From assembly GCA_031402315.1 (NCBI GenBank), contig JANNSF010000248.1, positions 1 through 49,619 of the forward strand: a DNA stretch of 49,619 nucleotides, read 5' to 3'. Origin of the DNA: a bacterium. Lineage in GTDB: Bacteria; CLD3; SB21. Of this stretch, positions 9,624 through 18,965 are shown piece by piece (the stretch's first letter is position 1; every line of letters starts with the position of its first letter). Made by a program: the position numbers and the translations under genes. The notes below the pieces were generated by a model. It ran no database searches, was not told the origin of the DNA, and was given only the letters and a program-made list of their open reading frames with translations.

Positions 9624-10405
9624 GCCGTGTCCAAAAGGAGATGACCTGGTGGATATACTTTATATTCTACTTGTCAGCGATGGTGGCACACTTGAACCCA
9701 ATCTTACTGGGTCAAATATTACTTCAAAATATTGGCCAATTTTGGGTAACGATTAAGTATTTAAGAGAATTTCCGTCCGTAACAAATTACAAAGTTGTCA
9801 AATCCTTTCAACTACCTTTTGAAGGCGAGTGGTATGTATACAATGGAGGTGTAACGCAAAACACATCTCATTCATGGTGGGTAAACGCCCAGCGATATGC
9901 CTATGACTTTGTCGTTACCAATAGCCACGATAAAACGTCTTCAGATCTCGGAAAGACAAATGAGGACTACTTTGCCTTTAGTCAAAACGTCATTGCTCCC
10001 GCCGACGGTACCGTTGTAAAAGTTGTCAATGGTGTTAGAGACTCTCCTTATCCGTCGACCTATTTCTTAGATGTATTTTCAACTCATTTCGCAGGAAACC
10101 ACATCATTATTAAGCATACGGATAAAGAACACAGCTTCATTGCGCATTTCAAAAGGGGAAGCATAGTTGTCAAAAAGGGGGATTTTGTGAAAGGCGGACA
10201 GTTTATAGGTTTGTGTGGAAGCTCCGGTTTTTCCACGGAACCCCACATACACTATCACCTACAAGACTCTGAAAATTTCTATTTTTCCATTGGTTTACCG
10301 ATACATTTTCACAATTTGACGATTCGAGACCAAGAAGAGAAAGTAACGCAACTACCCAAAGGGTATATCGATAAAGATCATTGGGTATCCAATCGTAAAT
10401 ATTAG
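9620..10405 (+). CDS. M23-family metallopeptidase with an N-terminal hydrophobic segment
   Basis: ATGA overlap with the upstream gene; H...QRYAYD, VIAPADGTV, GNHIIIKH, G.SG.STEPHIHY. Confidence 0.85.
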   Translation: MSRVQKEMTWWIYFIFYLSAMVAHLNPILLGQILLQNIGQFWVTIKYLREFPSVTNYKVVKSFQLPFEGEWYVYNGGVTQNTSHSWWVNAQRYAYDFVVTNSHDKTSSDLGKTNEDYFAFSQNVIAPADGTVVKVVNGVRDSPYPSTYFLDVFSTHFAGNHIIIKHTDKEHSFIAHFKRGSIVVKKGDFVKGGQFIGLCGSSGFSTEPHIHYHLQDSENFYFSIGLPIHFHNLTIRDQEEKVTQLPKGYIDKDHWVSNRKY

Positions 10406-10433
10406 GCTTATTGTTTGGCTGACCGCCTTTAGG

Positions 10434-11957
10434 CTACGTTCTCCATTTGCGTCCATCTTTTTCCAAGAGATCGTGCGCTTCTTTCGGGCCCCAGGATCCC
10501 GCGGCGTAGTTTGGAAATTTTGCTTTTGTATTTTTCCACAAATCAATGACCGGCATGACAAGCCACCATGCAATTTCAACCATGTCTTTACGCATAAATA
10601 GCGTTGCATCGCCGCGAAGACAATCCAAGATCAACCGTTGATAAGCTTCGGCAATTCCGACATTAAAGGCTTCGGCATAACTAAATTTCATATCGACCGG
10701 TTTGAGATTCATAGTGGGTCCCGGCACCTTCGCTTCAAAATTGATGGTTATGCTCTCATCCGGCTGGATCTGTAAAATCAAGACATTGGGTGCCACATCT
10801 TCATCGGAGGTACCTTTGAACATGAGATGCGGCACGCGTTTGAAGAAGATGGCGATCTCACTATCACGCCGCGGAAGGCGTTTCCCGGTCCGCAGGTAAA
10901 ATGGAACACCGGCCCATCGCCAATTGTCTACAAAAAATTTTGCCGCAACAAAGGTTTCCGTATTCGATTCCGCGCTGACCTTGGGTTCGGTGCGATAGCC
11001 CGGTAATTTTTTGCCGCCGATTTCTCCGGCGTCGTATTGCCCACGAATAAAATAACTATCCTCTTCGCCAACCTTTAGAGGACGAATCGCGCGCATAACT
11101 TTGACCCGTTCGTCGCGTACGGCATTGGCATCAAATGTGGTCGGAGGTTCCATCGCCACCAGCGCCATGACCTGCATCACATGATTTTGGATCATGTCTC
11201 GAAGCGCGCCCGCTTCTTCATAATATCCTCCACGGTCCTCGACGCCAAGACTTTCGGCCGCCGTAATCTGAACATGGTCAATGTAGTTGCGATTCCACAA
11301 CGGTTCGAATATTCCGTTTGCAAACCGAAGGGCCATGATATTTTGAACGGTCTCCTTGCCCAGATAATGATCGATACGATAGACCTGCCATTCCTCAAAC
11401 GCCTTCGCGATTTCACTATTGAGCGCTCGTGCCGACTCCAGATCTCGACCAAAAGGTTTTTCGATGATGATGCGTCGCCACATGTCATTGCCTTTAACCT
11501 GAGACATGCCGTGTTTTCCGAGATTCTGCGCGATCATGGCAAATACACTCGGCGGCGTAGATAAATAATATAGGCGATTGTCTTTGCAACCTCGATCGGC
11601 ACAGTTTTTTTTCAAGAGCGCATCAAGTTCCGTATACAACCGGTCTTCTTCAAATCCACCACCGACAAAAAACACATGGTCAATAAATTTTTTCGCTTCC
11701 GCTTCGGTCGCCTTGGCAAACTCAATGAGCGCATCGGCAACCACTTTTTGATACTCGGCTCTTGAAATATTCGGTTTGCCGCAACCGACGACCGTAAAGT
11801 TTTCAGGCAACAATTCCTCCTGGTACGAATTGAACAGCGCCGGTATGATTTTACGTTTGGTGAGATCGCCCGACCCGCCAAATACAATAATCGAGCAGGT
11901 GCCCGCTTTGGCATCGGAACTTACGCGTCGAAGCGCGTCGGAAGCGTGTGTGGACAT
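10434..11957 (-). CDS. zwf: Glucose-6-phosphate 1-dehydrogenase
   Basis: GGSGDLTKRK, EKPFG, RIDHYLGKE, RDMIQNH, GVPFYLRTGKR. Confidence 0.97.
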   Translation of the reverse strand: MSTHASDALRRVSSDAKAGTCSIIVFGGSGDLTKRKIIPALFNSYQEELLPENFTVVGCGKPNISRAEYQKVVADALIEFAKATEAEAKKFIDHVFFVGGGFEEDRLYTELDALLKKNCADRGCKDNRLYYLSTPPSVFAMIAQNLGKHGMSQVKGNDMWRRIIIEKPFGRDLESARALNSEIAKAFEEWQVYRIDHYLGKETVQNIMALRFANGIFEPLWNRNYIDHVQITAAESLGVEDRGGYYEEAGALRDMIQNHVMQVMALVAMEPPTTFDANAVRDERVKVMRAIRPLKVGEEDSYFIRGQYDAGEIGGKKLPGYRTEPKVSAESNTETFVAAKFFVDNWRWAGVPFYLRTGKRLPRRDSEIAIFFKRVPHLMFKGTSDEDVAPNVLILQIQPDESITINFEAKVPGPTMNLKPVDMKFSYAEAFNVGIAEAYQRLILDCLRGDATLFMRKDMVEIAWWLVMPVIDLWKNTKAKFPNYAAGSWGPKEAHDLLEKDGRKWRT

Positions 11958-12207
11958 ATAGCCTCGTCATGGTTAGAATTTTGAATGGTGAAAATATATA
12001 AAATCCGACTTCAAAATAAAGCCCAATTACGTCAATTGCCAATTAACTCATCGAGCATGGTCTCGAGATGTCATTCTTATCACGATTCATCCCTGTGCGC
12101 AAGAATTTTCTTTCATGTATCTCTTTGGCAACATATCGGTGGTGATTTAGTACACAGATATTCACTTTTGATTTTGTTAACCCTATTCTTTTCAAGGGCA
12201 CGCTACT

Positions 12208-12224
12208 TTGGCATGACACTTGTA
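12208..12224 (+). promoter_or_regulatory. Candidate sigma54 (-24/-12) promoter
   Basis: TTGGCAT-GACAC-TTGTA matches TGGCAC-N5-TTGCW spacing, with GT in place of GC at -12. It lies 57 nt upstream of the 12282 start. Confidence 0.45.
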
Positions 12225-12281
12225 TTCATAGTCCATCGTCTTTGAAAATTTATCTTTATCACAAATCTAAAGGAGAATGAA

Positions 12282-12830
12282 ATGAAAACAGTGATGACCA
12301 TGATGGTATTGTGCGCCTTGCGGCTTACGGCACAGAACCTGCCTGAACCCAAAGTAGAATACTCGGAAAGGAACAGAATTGGATTTGCGGCGGGAAATGT
12401 TTCGGGGGTTGGCCTTTCTTATGAGCGGGGCTTGACGAAAAATTTAGCGGGTCTTTTCGTGATCGGTGGTGTCGCTCAAAAGAGCAATTCGGACTTTAAT
12501 TCCGGTATGTCCCTCAAGTATACGTTTAGCCGAATCACTAATCGTATCAATGTCTATACGGTCATCGGAGGAAGTTACTTTTACGACCGTAAAATTAACG
12601 GGATTTATGACGAAACAACCGAATCCTATTCAAAAGACCGCGTACGCAAGTATATCAAACTCGGACTTGGACTTGGAATCGGTTCCACCTTTTTTTCAGG
12701 ACGCCTTGGTATCGATATCAATTTTATAGGTATTGGTGCCAGCTATCAGAAGAAAGAGCATGACGATAGCTTTGGCCTCGGTGACAAACCGATCCGCGGT
12801 CCACAAGTTAATCTTACCTATCATTTTTAG
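12282..12830 (+). CDS. Hypothetical small outer-membrane beta-barrel protein
   Basis: AAGGAG RBS, signal peptide, alternating beta-strand patterns (GVGLSYER, LGLGLGIG), C-terminal LTYHF. Confidence 0.65.
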   Translation: MKTVMTMMVLCALRLTAQNLPEPKVEYSERNRIGFAAGNVSGVGLSYERGLTKNLAGLFVIGGVAQKSNSDFNSGMSLKYTFSRITNRINVYTVIGGSYFYDRKINGIYDETTESYSKDRVRKYIKLGLGLGIGSTFFSGRLGIDINFIGIGASYQKKEHDDSFGLGDKPIRGPQVNLTYHF

Positions 12831-12854
12831 CCATCACACGTACGTGTTTTAACG

Positions 12855-12884
12855 AAAAAACCCCGGGCATTAGCGCGGGGTTTT
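12855..12884. terminator. Bidirectional intrinsic terminator
   Basis: AAAACCCCG...CGGGGTTTT hairpin between the convergent 12282-12830 gene and gnd. Confidence 0.75.
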
Positions 12885-12909
12885 CCATTTAGCAAACGAT
12901 TTACTCTAG

Positions 12910-13803
12910 TTATTTTTTGACCGCATGCCCGCCGAATTGATTCCTCATCATAGCAAGCATTTTCGCCGCAAAGCTCTCCGGCTGACGGGAATGGAAGCGC
13001 TCAAATAAGGACATCGTAATGATCGGAGCGGGTACATTCTTTTCCATCGCTTCCAGAATCGTCCAGCGGCCTTCTCCTGAATCTTCCACATAACCCTTGA
13101 GACCCTTGAGTTCCGGATCGCCTTTGAGACCATCGGCGATAAGATCAAGAAGCCAGGAACGTACGACCGATGCATGCATCCAAAGATCCGCGATCTTAGC
13201 GAGATCCAGTTTATATTCCGAGGCTTTCATGATTTCAAAACCTTCCGCGTACGCCTGCATCATACCGTACTCAATGCCATTATGCACCATCTTGACCATG
13301 TGGCCGGAACCGTGCAGACCCATGTAGGCATATCCATCGACAGGACCGAGTGTTTTAAAGATCGGATCAAGATAGTCCACATCCGCTTTGTCGCCGCCCA
13401 TCATCATGCAGTAGCCGTTTGCTAAACCCCACACGCCGCCGCTGGTACCGACGTCAATGTAACACAGTCCTTTTTCTTTTAATTCCTTGGCGCGGCGAAC
13501 GTCGTCTTTGTAGTACGAATTTCCGCCATCAATGATTATGTCACCCTTGCTCAGAAGTCCCGCTAATTTATTCACGGTATCTTCGGTAGCCTTTCCGGAC
13601 GGAACCATGATCCAAACCGCTTTCCGGCCTTTGAGTTTACCGATCATATCTTCCATGGAGGATGCACCGGTCATGCCCTTTTCTGCCAGCCCCTTCACCA
13701 CGTCGGCGCTCAGATCAAACCCAACGATTTCATGTTTATCTTTCAAAAGGCGCTGCACCATGAAGCCGCCCATTTTGCCAAGACCAATAAATCCGAGTTG
13801 CAT
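12910..13803 (-). CDS. gnd: 6-phosphogluconate dehydrogenase, short (YqeC/GntZ-like) form
   Basis: GLGKMG, IIDGGNS, DVGTSGG, KMVHNGIEYG, DSGEGRW, MRNQFGGH; GGAGG RBS. Confidence 0.95.
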   Translation of the reverse strand: MQLGFIGLGKMGGFMVQRLLKDKHEIVGFDLSADVVKGLAEKGMTGASSMEDMIGKLKGRKAVWIMVPSGKATEDTVNKLAGLLSKGDIIIDGGNSYYKDDVRRAKELKEKGLCYIDVGTSGGVWGLANGYCMMMGGDKADVDYLDPIFKTLGPVDGYAYMGLHGSGHMVKMVHNGIEYGMMQAYAEGFEIMKASEYKLDLAKIADLWMHASVVRSWLLDLIADGLKGDPELKGLKGYVEDSGEGRWTILEAMEKNVPAPIITMSLFERFHSRQPESFAAKMLAMMRNQFGGHAVKK

Positions 13804-13916
13804 AAACTCCTCCGTTAAAATAATTTGCGTGATTGAATTTAGAATCGGCTGAATTTTAGAAAGTTTTGAGATAAAGAAAAGCTATTTTTTACCGTACTCT
13901 CTTTGACAAGGGTTGA

Positions 13917-14363
13917 CTACTTCTTATTCACGTAGCCATCGTTCGGCTCCCACAGCTCGATCTTATTACCCTCGGGATCCAAAACCCAACCAAATTTTCC
14001 AAACTCCGATATTTCGATTTTTTCTTCAACGGCGGCACCCAGTTTTTTCAATTTCCTTAATATCGCCGCAAGATCGTCCACACGTTAATTGACCATAAAC
14101 GAAGCACGACTCGGCTTCATATATTTTGTATTTGAAGGAAAAAGGGACCAAACGGTGTATCCTTTCTTCTTAGGATTATCATCATGTCTCCAGAGAAACT
14201 CACATCCGCCCCAGTCTGACAATGGCATTCCCAAAACTTTTGCATACCAATCCTTCATTTTTTTCTGATCCTTTGATTTGAAAAAAATTCCGCCAATGCC
14301 GACAATTTTTCCCTTGGACAGTTTTTTTGAAGACTTCTTTTTTGCGGAAACTTTCTTTTTCAT
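13917..14363 (-). pseudogene. VOC/glyoxalase-family protein with an in-frame TAA at 14085-14087
   Basis: GIGGIFFKSKD...WY..VLG; reading through gives FMVN*RVDDLAAIL...GKFGWVLDPEGNKIELWEP...*, the conserved C-terminal half. Confidence 0.85.
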
Positions 14364-14370
14364 ATATCTC

Positions 14371-14955
14371 CTAGGCTAGTTTTTCGATGAAGTATCGATG
14401 AATTCTATTATCGTCCGTAATTTCGGGATGAAACGTGGCAATTAAACACCTACGCTGAACGGCTACGACCGGATCGCCATCCAACGAACCCAATATTTTG
14501 ACATCTTTTCCGACGGATTCAATTTTGGGCGCACGAATAAATACGGCGTGAATCCGTTCCTTTCCAATCTCCAAAACTTCAATGTCTTTTTCAAAGCTAT
14601 TAATTTGACGACCATAACCATTGCGATTAATGGTAGCCTCAATAAACCCAAAACGGAATTGGTCACTATTGGAAACGGTTTTAGCCATCAAGATCGAGCC
14701 CGCGCAGGTACCAAAAATTGCTTTTCCGTCCGCATAAAATTTTTTGATCGGTTCGATCAGGTTGTACGCTTCAAGGAGCTTGATCAATGTAGTACTTTCT
14801 CCGCCCGGAATTATCAGGCCGTCTAAACCGTTCAATTCAGATGACTGGCGAACCTGGTACGTTTCCACGCCAATCCCGTCAAGCATTTTTTGATGCGCTT
14901 CGAAATCACCCTGAAGCGCGAGAACTCCGATTTTTTTTGTTTTTCGGACCGTCAT
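14371..14955 (-). CDS. pdxT: Pyridoxal 5'-phosphate synthase glutaminase subunit
   Basis: GVLALQGDF, PGGESTT, GTCAG, RNGYGRQ, FIRAP, FHPE. Start taken as ATG 14955. Confidence 0.96.
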   Translation of the reverse strand: MTVRKTKKIGVLALQGDFEAHQKMLDGIGVETYQVRQSSELNGLDGLIIPGGESTTLIKLLEAYNLIEPIKKFYADGKAIFGTCAGSILMAKTVSNSDQFRFGFIEATINRNGYGRQINSFEKDIEVLEIGKERIHAVFIRAPKIESVGKDVKILGSLDGDPVVAVQRRCLIATFHPEITDDNRIHRYFIEKLA

Positions 14956-14959
14956 CAAT

Positions 14960-15454
14960 CTATTTGGATAAAATGTTTTCCGCAATCACATCGGTGGCAT
15001 GTTCCCACGAACCAAGAGGCGCTTTCCAATTCCGATCCTGGGCACGGCGGAGATAAACCATTTGTGATATGTGATATAAGTAATGCTGCGGAATATGCGC
15101 GAAAACCGTTGCCGGTGACTTGTACGGGATTTTGTCGGTTACCGGAACTTCTTTAAAAAACTCGTCGTCGGAGTAGCTAGTTAATAAAGACTCGATCTGA
15201 ACCCAGAGTTTTTCAAATAGTATTTTGATTTCATCCGCATCGGCATCCTTTTTAACTTCAATATCGGGCGAAACGCCGAGCCGCTTTAGAAACCATATAT
15301 CGACCCGAAGCAGATGGTGCATGATTTCGCCAATACTTCGCGAATCCGGCGCCGGTTTCCATGAAAATGACTCCGGCGAAATTCCATTAAGAATGTCCAT
15401 TAACGATACCCGTGACGCACGGTGAATCTCAATTAATTTCAATTGATTGGTCAT
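14960..15454 (-). CDS. DinB-family protein
   Basis: RSIGEIMHHL...HIPQHYLYHISQ His triad. Confidence 0.85.
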   Translation of the reverse strand: MTNQLKLIEIHRASRVSLMDILNGISPESFSWKPAPDSRSIGEIMHHLLRVDIWFLKRLGVSPDIEVKKDADADEIKILFEKLWVQIESLLTSYSDDEFFKEVPVTDKIPYKSPATVFAHIPQHYLYHISQMVYLRRAQDRNWKAPLGSWEHATDVIAENILSK

Positions 15455-16434
15455 TGGTTTTCCGCGCGGTTTTTGATGACTTCTAATATATTATTTTGAA
15501 TATCGCTCATGATCAGATTGGCCCACCATCCGGAATAAAAATTGAAAGTAGTGTTTAATTGAAAACGGCTTTCCAGATGCAGCCGAAATTTGCTGTCGGA
15601 CAATTTCTCCAATTCGTACCGGCCATCCAAAACATCGAAGTGTTTCCCGCCAATTAATATATGTTCGTCCATCGTAGTCGATGGTATCTCATAGGGATTG
15701 GCGGCAATCGTGAAAGCCATTACTTTTTGATGGTCGTACTCCGTTACCTTTTCATCGAATACCAGTCCTTTATCAAAAACCGCTTTACGCTCGGCGCCTA
15801 CACCTTCAAAATTAAGTTCCGCGTGAAGGGGTCGGGGAAAGCCCATCCAGCGTGACCACTTCGCATGATCGTCGGTCTCTTTGATTTCCTTGACCCGGGT
15901 TACGAAAGGCCAAATCTTTACGGCTGTAGCCTCGATATCAATGGACGTCGTCGCTCGATAGACCGACGGAATTTTTGAGATTTCATTTTCAATGGGCGCC
16001 AGAAGAAAAGGCAATAGAATCGCAATGGAGATATTAATGTTATTTTGCCTTGCCGAAAATTTTCCTTTTGCGATGGCGGCTATGATTCCGCCGACGCTGG
16101 AACAAAATAGAAAGATGGGCAAAACCATGATCCAACATATCCAGCCTTCGATGGACAAGGCCAAGGTTAAAACAAAAAAACCAAAAACAGGGATCCACGG
16201 AAAGAATATACGGTAACGCCAAGTATGAATTCTATGCGCCGGAGAAAGAAGGATACTCAGCGCACCAACCAGAAACGGGAGCGAAATAAGAAACGTCACG
16301 GTCATCACGGTGAGGACAATACGTATGAAACCCCAGCCTTCGAAATCGAATAACGCCCGAAACACCAGTGCAAAGCCAATGGGAATAACTGTAGCGAACA
16401 GAGAATTTTTTTCAATAGCATTGCGAGATTTCAT
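15451..16434 (-). CDS. Membrane protein with a C-terminal SRPBCC/START-like domain
   Basis: About five N-terminal TM helices (EGWICWIMVLP), then TSIDIEATAVKIWPFV...GFPRP...GVGAERKAVF...IQNNILEVIK. Confidence 0.7.
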   Translation of the reverse strand: MKSRNAIEKNSLFATVIPIGFALVFRALFDFEGWGFIRIVLTVMTVTFLISLPFLVGALSILLSPAHRIHTWRYRIFFPWIPVFGFFVLTLALSIEGWICWIMVLPIFLFCSSVGGIIAAIAKGKFSARQNNINISIAILLPFLLAPIENEISKIPSVYRATTSIDIEATAVKIWPFVTRVKEIKETDDHAKWSRWMGFPRPLHAELNFEGVGAERKAVFDKGLVFDEKVTEYDHQKVMAFTIAANPYEIPSTTMDEHILIGGKHFDVLDGRYELEKLSDSKFRLHLESRFQLNTTFNFYSGWWANLIMSDIQNNILEVIKNRAENQ

Positions 16435-17066
16435 ATTGTAACCCTCTTAAATGAGCAAAATAGAAAGTTTTGTGATGTATTAAATGGTGTGCGATGGTCT
16501 TCGGTTATGCACTTTAGTTTCTGAAATCCATGAGTCCACTGACGGGTCATCGTTTCTTCGTTATATTGTTTTATGTTGAGACCGCTGCATTTCAAGGGAC
16601 CGTCCGTGCTAAACATTCTGATCGACAGAAAGCCGCCGTTTTTAATAGCGTGCATTGCCGTCGATTAGTATGCACCGATCTGAGATTCCGTCGCCAAAAA
16701 GTGAAATGCCGCACGATCATGCCAAAAATCATACAAACGTGTCGGAGCGAACTCGGTAATGTCGCTGACGATCCATTCAACGTTCGCCGCTTTTTCACCA
16801 AGCCTCACTTTTGCTCTATTCAATGATTCCTCACTGATATCAAGAACGGAGATATGTTCAAAACCTTCTCCCAACAAATAATCGACCGGCTTGCTATCCC
16901 CGCCTCCGATATCAATGATATGGGCCGTCTTGATCAATTTCGCATCGCGAATAAATTGCAACGAGGTTTTTGGAATGTTCTGGGTCCAACTGACTTCGTC
17001 CGGCCGTTTGGTCGAATAAATACGATCCCAATGCTTTTGTGACTCTTCGTTTTTCATAGGCCCCAC
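16431..17066 (-). pseudogene. Class I SAM-dependent methyltransferase with an in-frame TAA at 16665-16667
   Basis: HWDRIYS...VSW, IIDIGGGDS, WHDRAAFHFL; the 16431-16655 ORF continues in the same frame (FSTDGPLKCSGL...HRTPFNTSQNF). Confidence 0.85.
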
Positions 17067-17072
17067 ATCGAT

Positions 17073-17981
17073 TTACCAACCGCGTTTGGCTAATAAATCA
17101 CTTGCCGCAAGATTCTCAATATTAATGCCAACCATCGGTTCGCCCAGATTTTTAGAAATGGCGGCGAGAATTTGTGCGTCTTTGAAATGCGTTGTAGCCT
17201 TTACAATGGCTTCCGCGCGACGTTCCGGATTACCGGACTTGAATATTCCGGATCCAACAAATACCGCTTCCGCGCCCAGCTGCATTACAAGGGCCGCATC
17301 GGCCGGCGTCGCTATGCCACCCGCACAAAAAAGAGGAACCGGCAGCTTGCCATTCTTGGCCACCCATGAAACCCATTCATAAGGCGCGCCAATGTTTTTG
17401 GCCTCGCTCATCAATTCATCCTGATTCATAATCGTCAGTCTTCTAATGTGACCTATAATTGTCCGGATATGACGCACGGCTTCAACTACATTTCCCGTGC
17501 CGGCTTCGCCTTTGGAGCGAATCATGGCGGCGCCTTCACCAATCCGGCGCAACGCTTCACCCAGATTCGTCGCACCACAAACAAAGGGAACTTTATAATC
17601 CATTTTATAGATATGATTGGTATCATCGGCCGGCGTCAACACTTCGCTTTCGTCAATAAAGTCAACGCCCAGCGCCTCAAGAATCTGCGCTTCAACAAAA
17701 TGACCGATACGTGCCTTGGCCATGACCGGGATCGTCACGGCGTCCATGATTCCTTCTATCATCTCCGGGTCACTCATGCGCGCGACACCGCCATCCCTTC
17801 GAATGTCCGCCGGTACCCGCTCAAGCGCCATTACCGCGCAGGCGCCTGCGGCTTCTGCAATTTTAGCCTGTTCCGGATTGACGACATCCATGATGACGCC
17901 ACCCTTCATCATTTCGGCCAGTCCAATTTTTACTTTCATCGTTCCGGTGAGTGTTTCACCATTAGTTTTTTCGTTTTTCAT
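17073..17981 (-). CDS. pdxS: Pyridoxal 5'-phosphate synthase lyase subunit
   Basis: [47 protein letters not shown]. Confidence 0.98.
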   Translation of the reverse strand: MKNEKTNGETLTGTMKVKIGLAEMMKGGVIMDVVNPEQAKIAEAAGACAVMALERVPADIRRDGGVARMSDPEMIEGIMDAVTIPVMAKARIGHFVEAQILEALGVDFIDESEVLTPADDTNHIYKMDYKVPFVCGATNLGEALRRIGEGAAMIRSKGEAGTGNVVEAVRHIRTIIGHIRRLTIMNQDELMSEAKNIGAPYEWVSWVAKNGKLPVPLFCAGGIATPADAALVMQLGAEAVFVGSGIFKSGNPERRAEAIVKATTHFKDAQILAAISKNLGEPMVGINIENLAASDLLAKRGW

Positions 17982-18019
17982 ATATTCAATCCTTTCATTA
18001 AAAATTCATTTCCTCGCGC

Positions 18020-18047
18020 AATATAGAAAATATCATCTTTCTTTCAA
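18020..18047 (-). promoter_or_regulatory. Candidate internal sigma70 promoter for pdxS
   Basis: Minus strand TTGAAA-N16-TATATT in the 75-nt gap upstream of pdxS. Confidence 0.45.
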
Positions 18048-18056
18048 TTTATTCCG

Positions 18057-18965
18057 TCAGACATCGACGGTCGGGATGACTTGGCCGTCCGGTTTTTGTT
18101 TATAGATATTCACGAAATAGACACCCGCAAGGATAAAGGCCATGCCGATCCACGAGTGCAATCCCAATTTTTCGTCCAAAACGATCCAGCCCAACATGAC
18201 CGCAATGACGGGTGTTGCAACGGGTATAATCGAGGATTCGAGAACGGAAACTTTCTTAATGACCCAAATATAAAGAACGAAAGCGATCGCGGAGCCGACA
18301 ACCGCAAGATAAAGCATCATAAAGATTCCCGTCGGCGTCCATCGGATGGCATTAAAATCTTCGGTAACCAGCGCCAAGAGAGTTAATGACACGGCGCAAT
18401 AGAACATGCTGACCGTCGTATTGGCGAAAACCGAAATTTCATTGGCGTGTTTCTTTACATACACCGCGATAACCGCTCCGAAAAAAGAGGCCAGAATAAT
18501 CGCCAGATCACCAACCCATGAATTTTCCGTTATCACAATATCCGTACCGAAAATAATGACTACGCCAACAAAGCTCAGTACGACGCCGCTTAATTTTGTT
18601 CTTGTAATGTGATGCTCATCAAGCATAAAGTATCCCAAGACCGCGACAAAAAAAGGCATCGTTCCGAACAAAATGGCTCCCATCGCCGATGCGATGAACT
18701 GCTCTCCCCAAAACACAAAAGCGTAATCGAGCATGTGAAAAAGGCCGATCACGGACATAATTTTCCACGATTTCGCATCCCTGGGAAATGAAGCCTTCTT
18801 CACGCGCATCATAATAAGCAACAAGGCCGTCGCCACCCAAAACCTAAATCCTGCAAACCAGAATGGCGGCCAACTCTCGAGCCCGATTTTAATGACCAGC
18901 CAGGTCGAACCCCATATAATGGTACAAATCGCAATTGCCGTGAGAGGCCAGTATTTTTTTGACAC
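18057..18965 (-). CDS. EamA/DMT-family transporter
   Basis: IWGSTWLVIK, PPFWFAGFRF; about 10 TM segments in two EamA repeats; GTG start overlaps the upstream stop. Confidence 0.92.
   Translation of the reverse strand: MSKKYWPLTAIAICTIIWGSTWLVIKIGLESWPPFWFAGFRFWVATALLLIMMRVKKASFPRDAKSWKIMSVIGLFHMLDYAFVFWGEQFIASAMGAILFGTMPFFVAVLGYFMLDEHHITRTKLSGVVLSFVGVVIIFGTDIVITENSWVGDLAIILASFFGAVIAVYVKKHANEISVFANTTVSMFYCAVSLTLLALVTEDFNAIRWTPTGIFMMLYLAVVGSAIAFVLYIWVIKKVSVLESSIIPVATPVIAVMLGWIVLDEKLGLHSWIGMAFILAGVYFVNIYKQKPDGQVIPTVDV

Noticed and set aside
11985-12245. 86-aa ORF in the zwf upstream gap
   Set aside because: No clear RBS or motif; it spans AT-rich promoter DNA including the sigma54-like site.
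14085-16667. Stop-codon reassignment or read-through of TAA suggested by two in-frame TAAs
   Set aside because: The implied residues differ (Tyr versus probably Leu), each is one substitution from a sense codon, and many conserved genes here (gnd, pdxS, purN, lpxA) end correctly at TAA.
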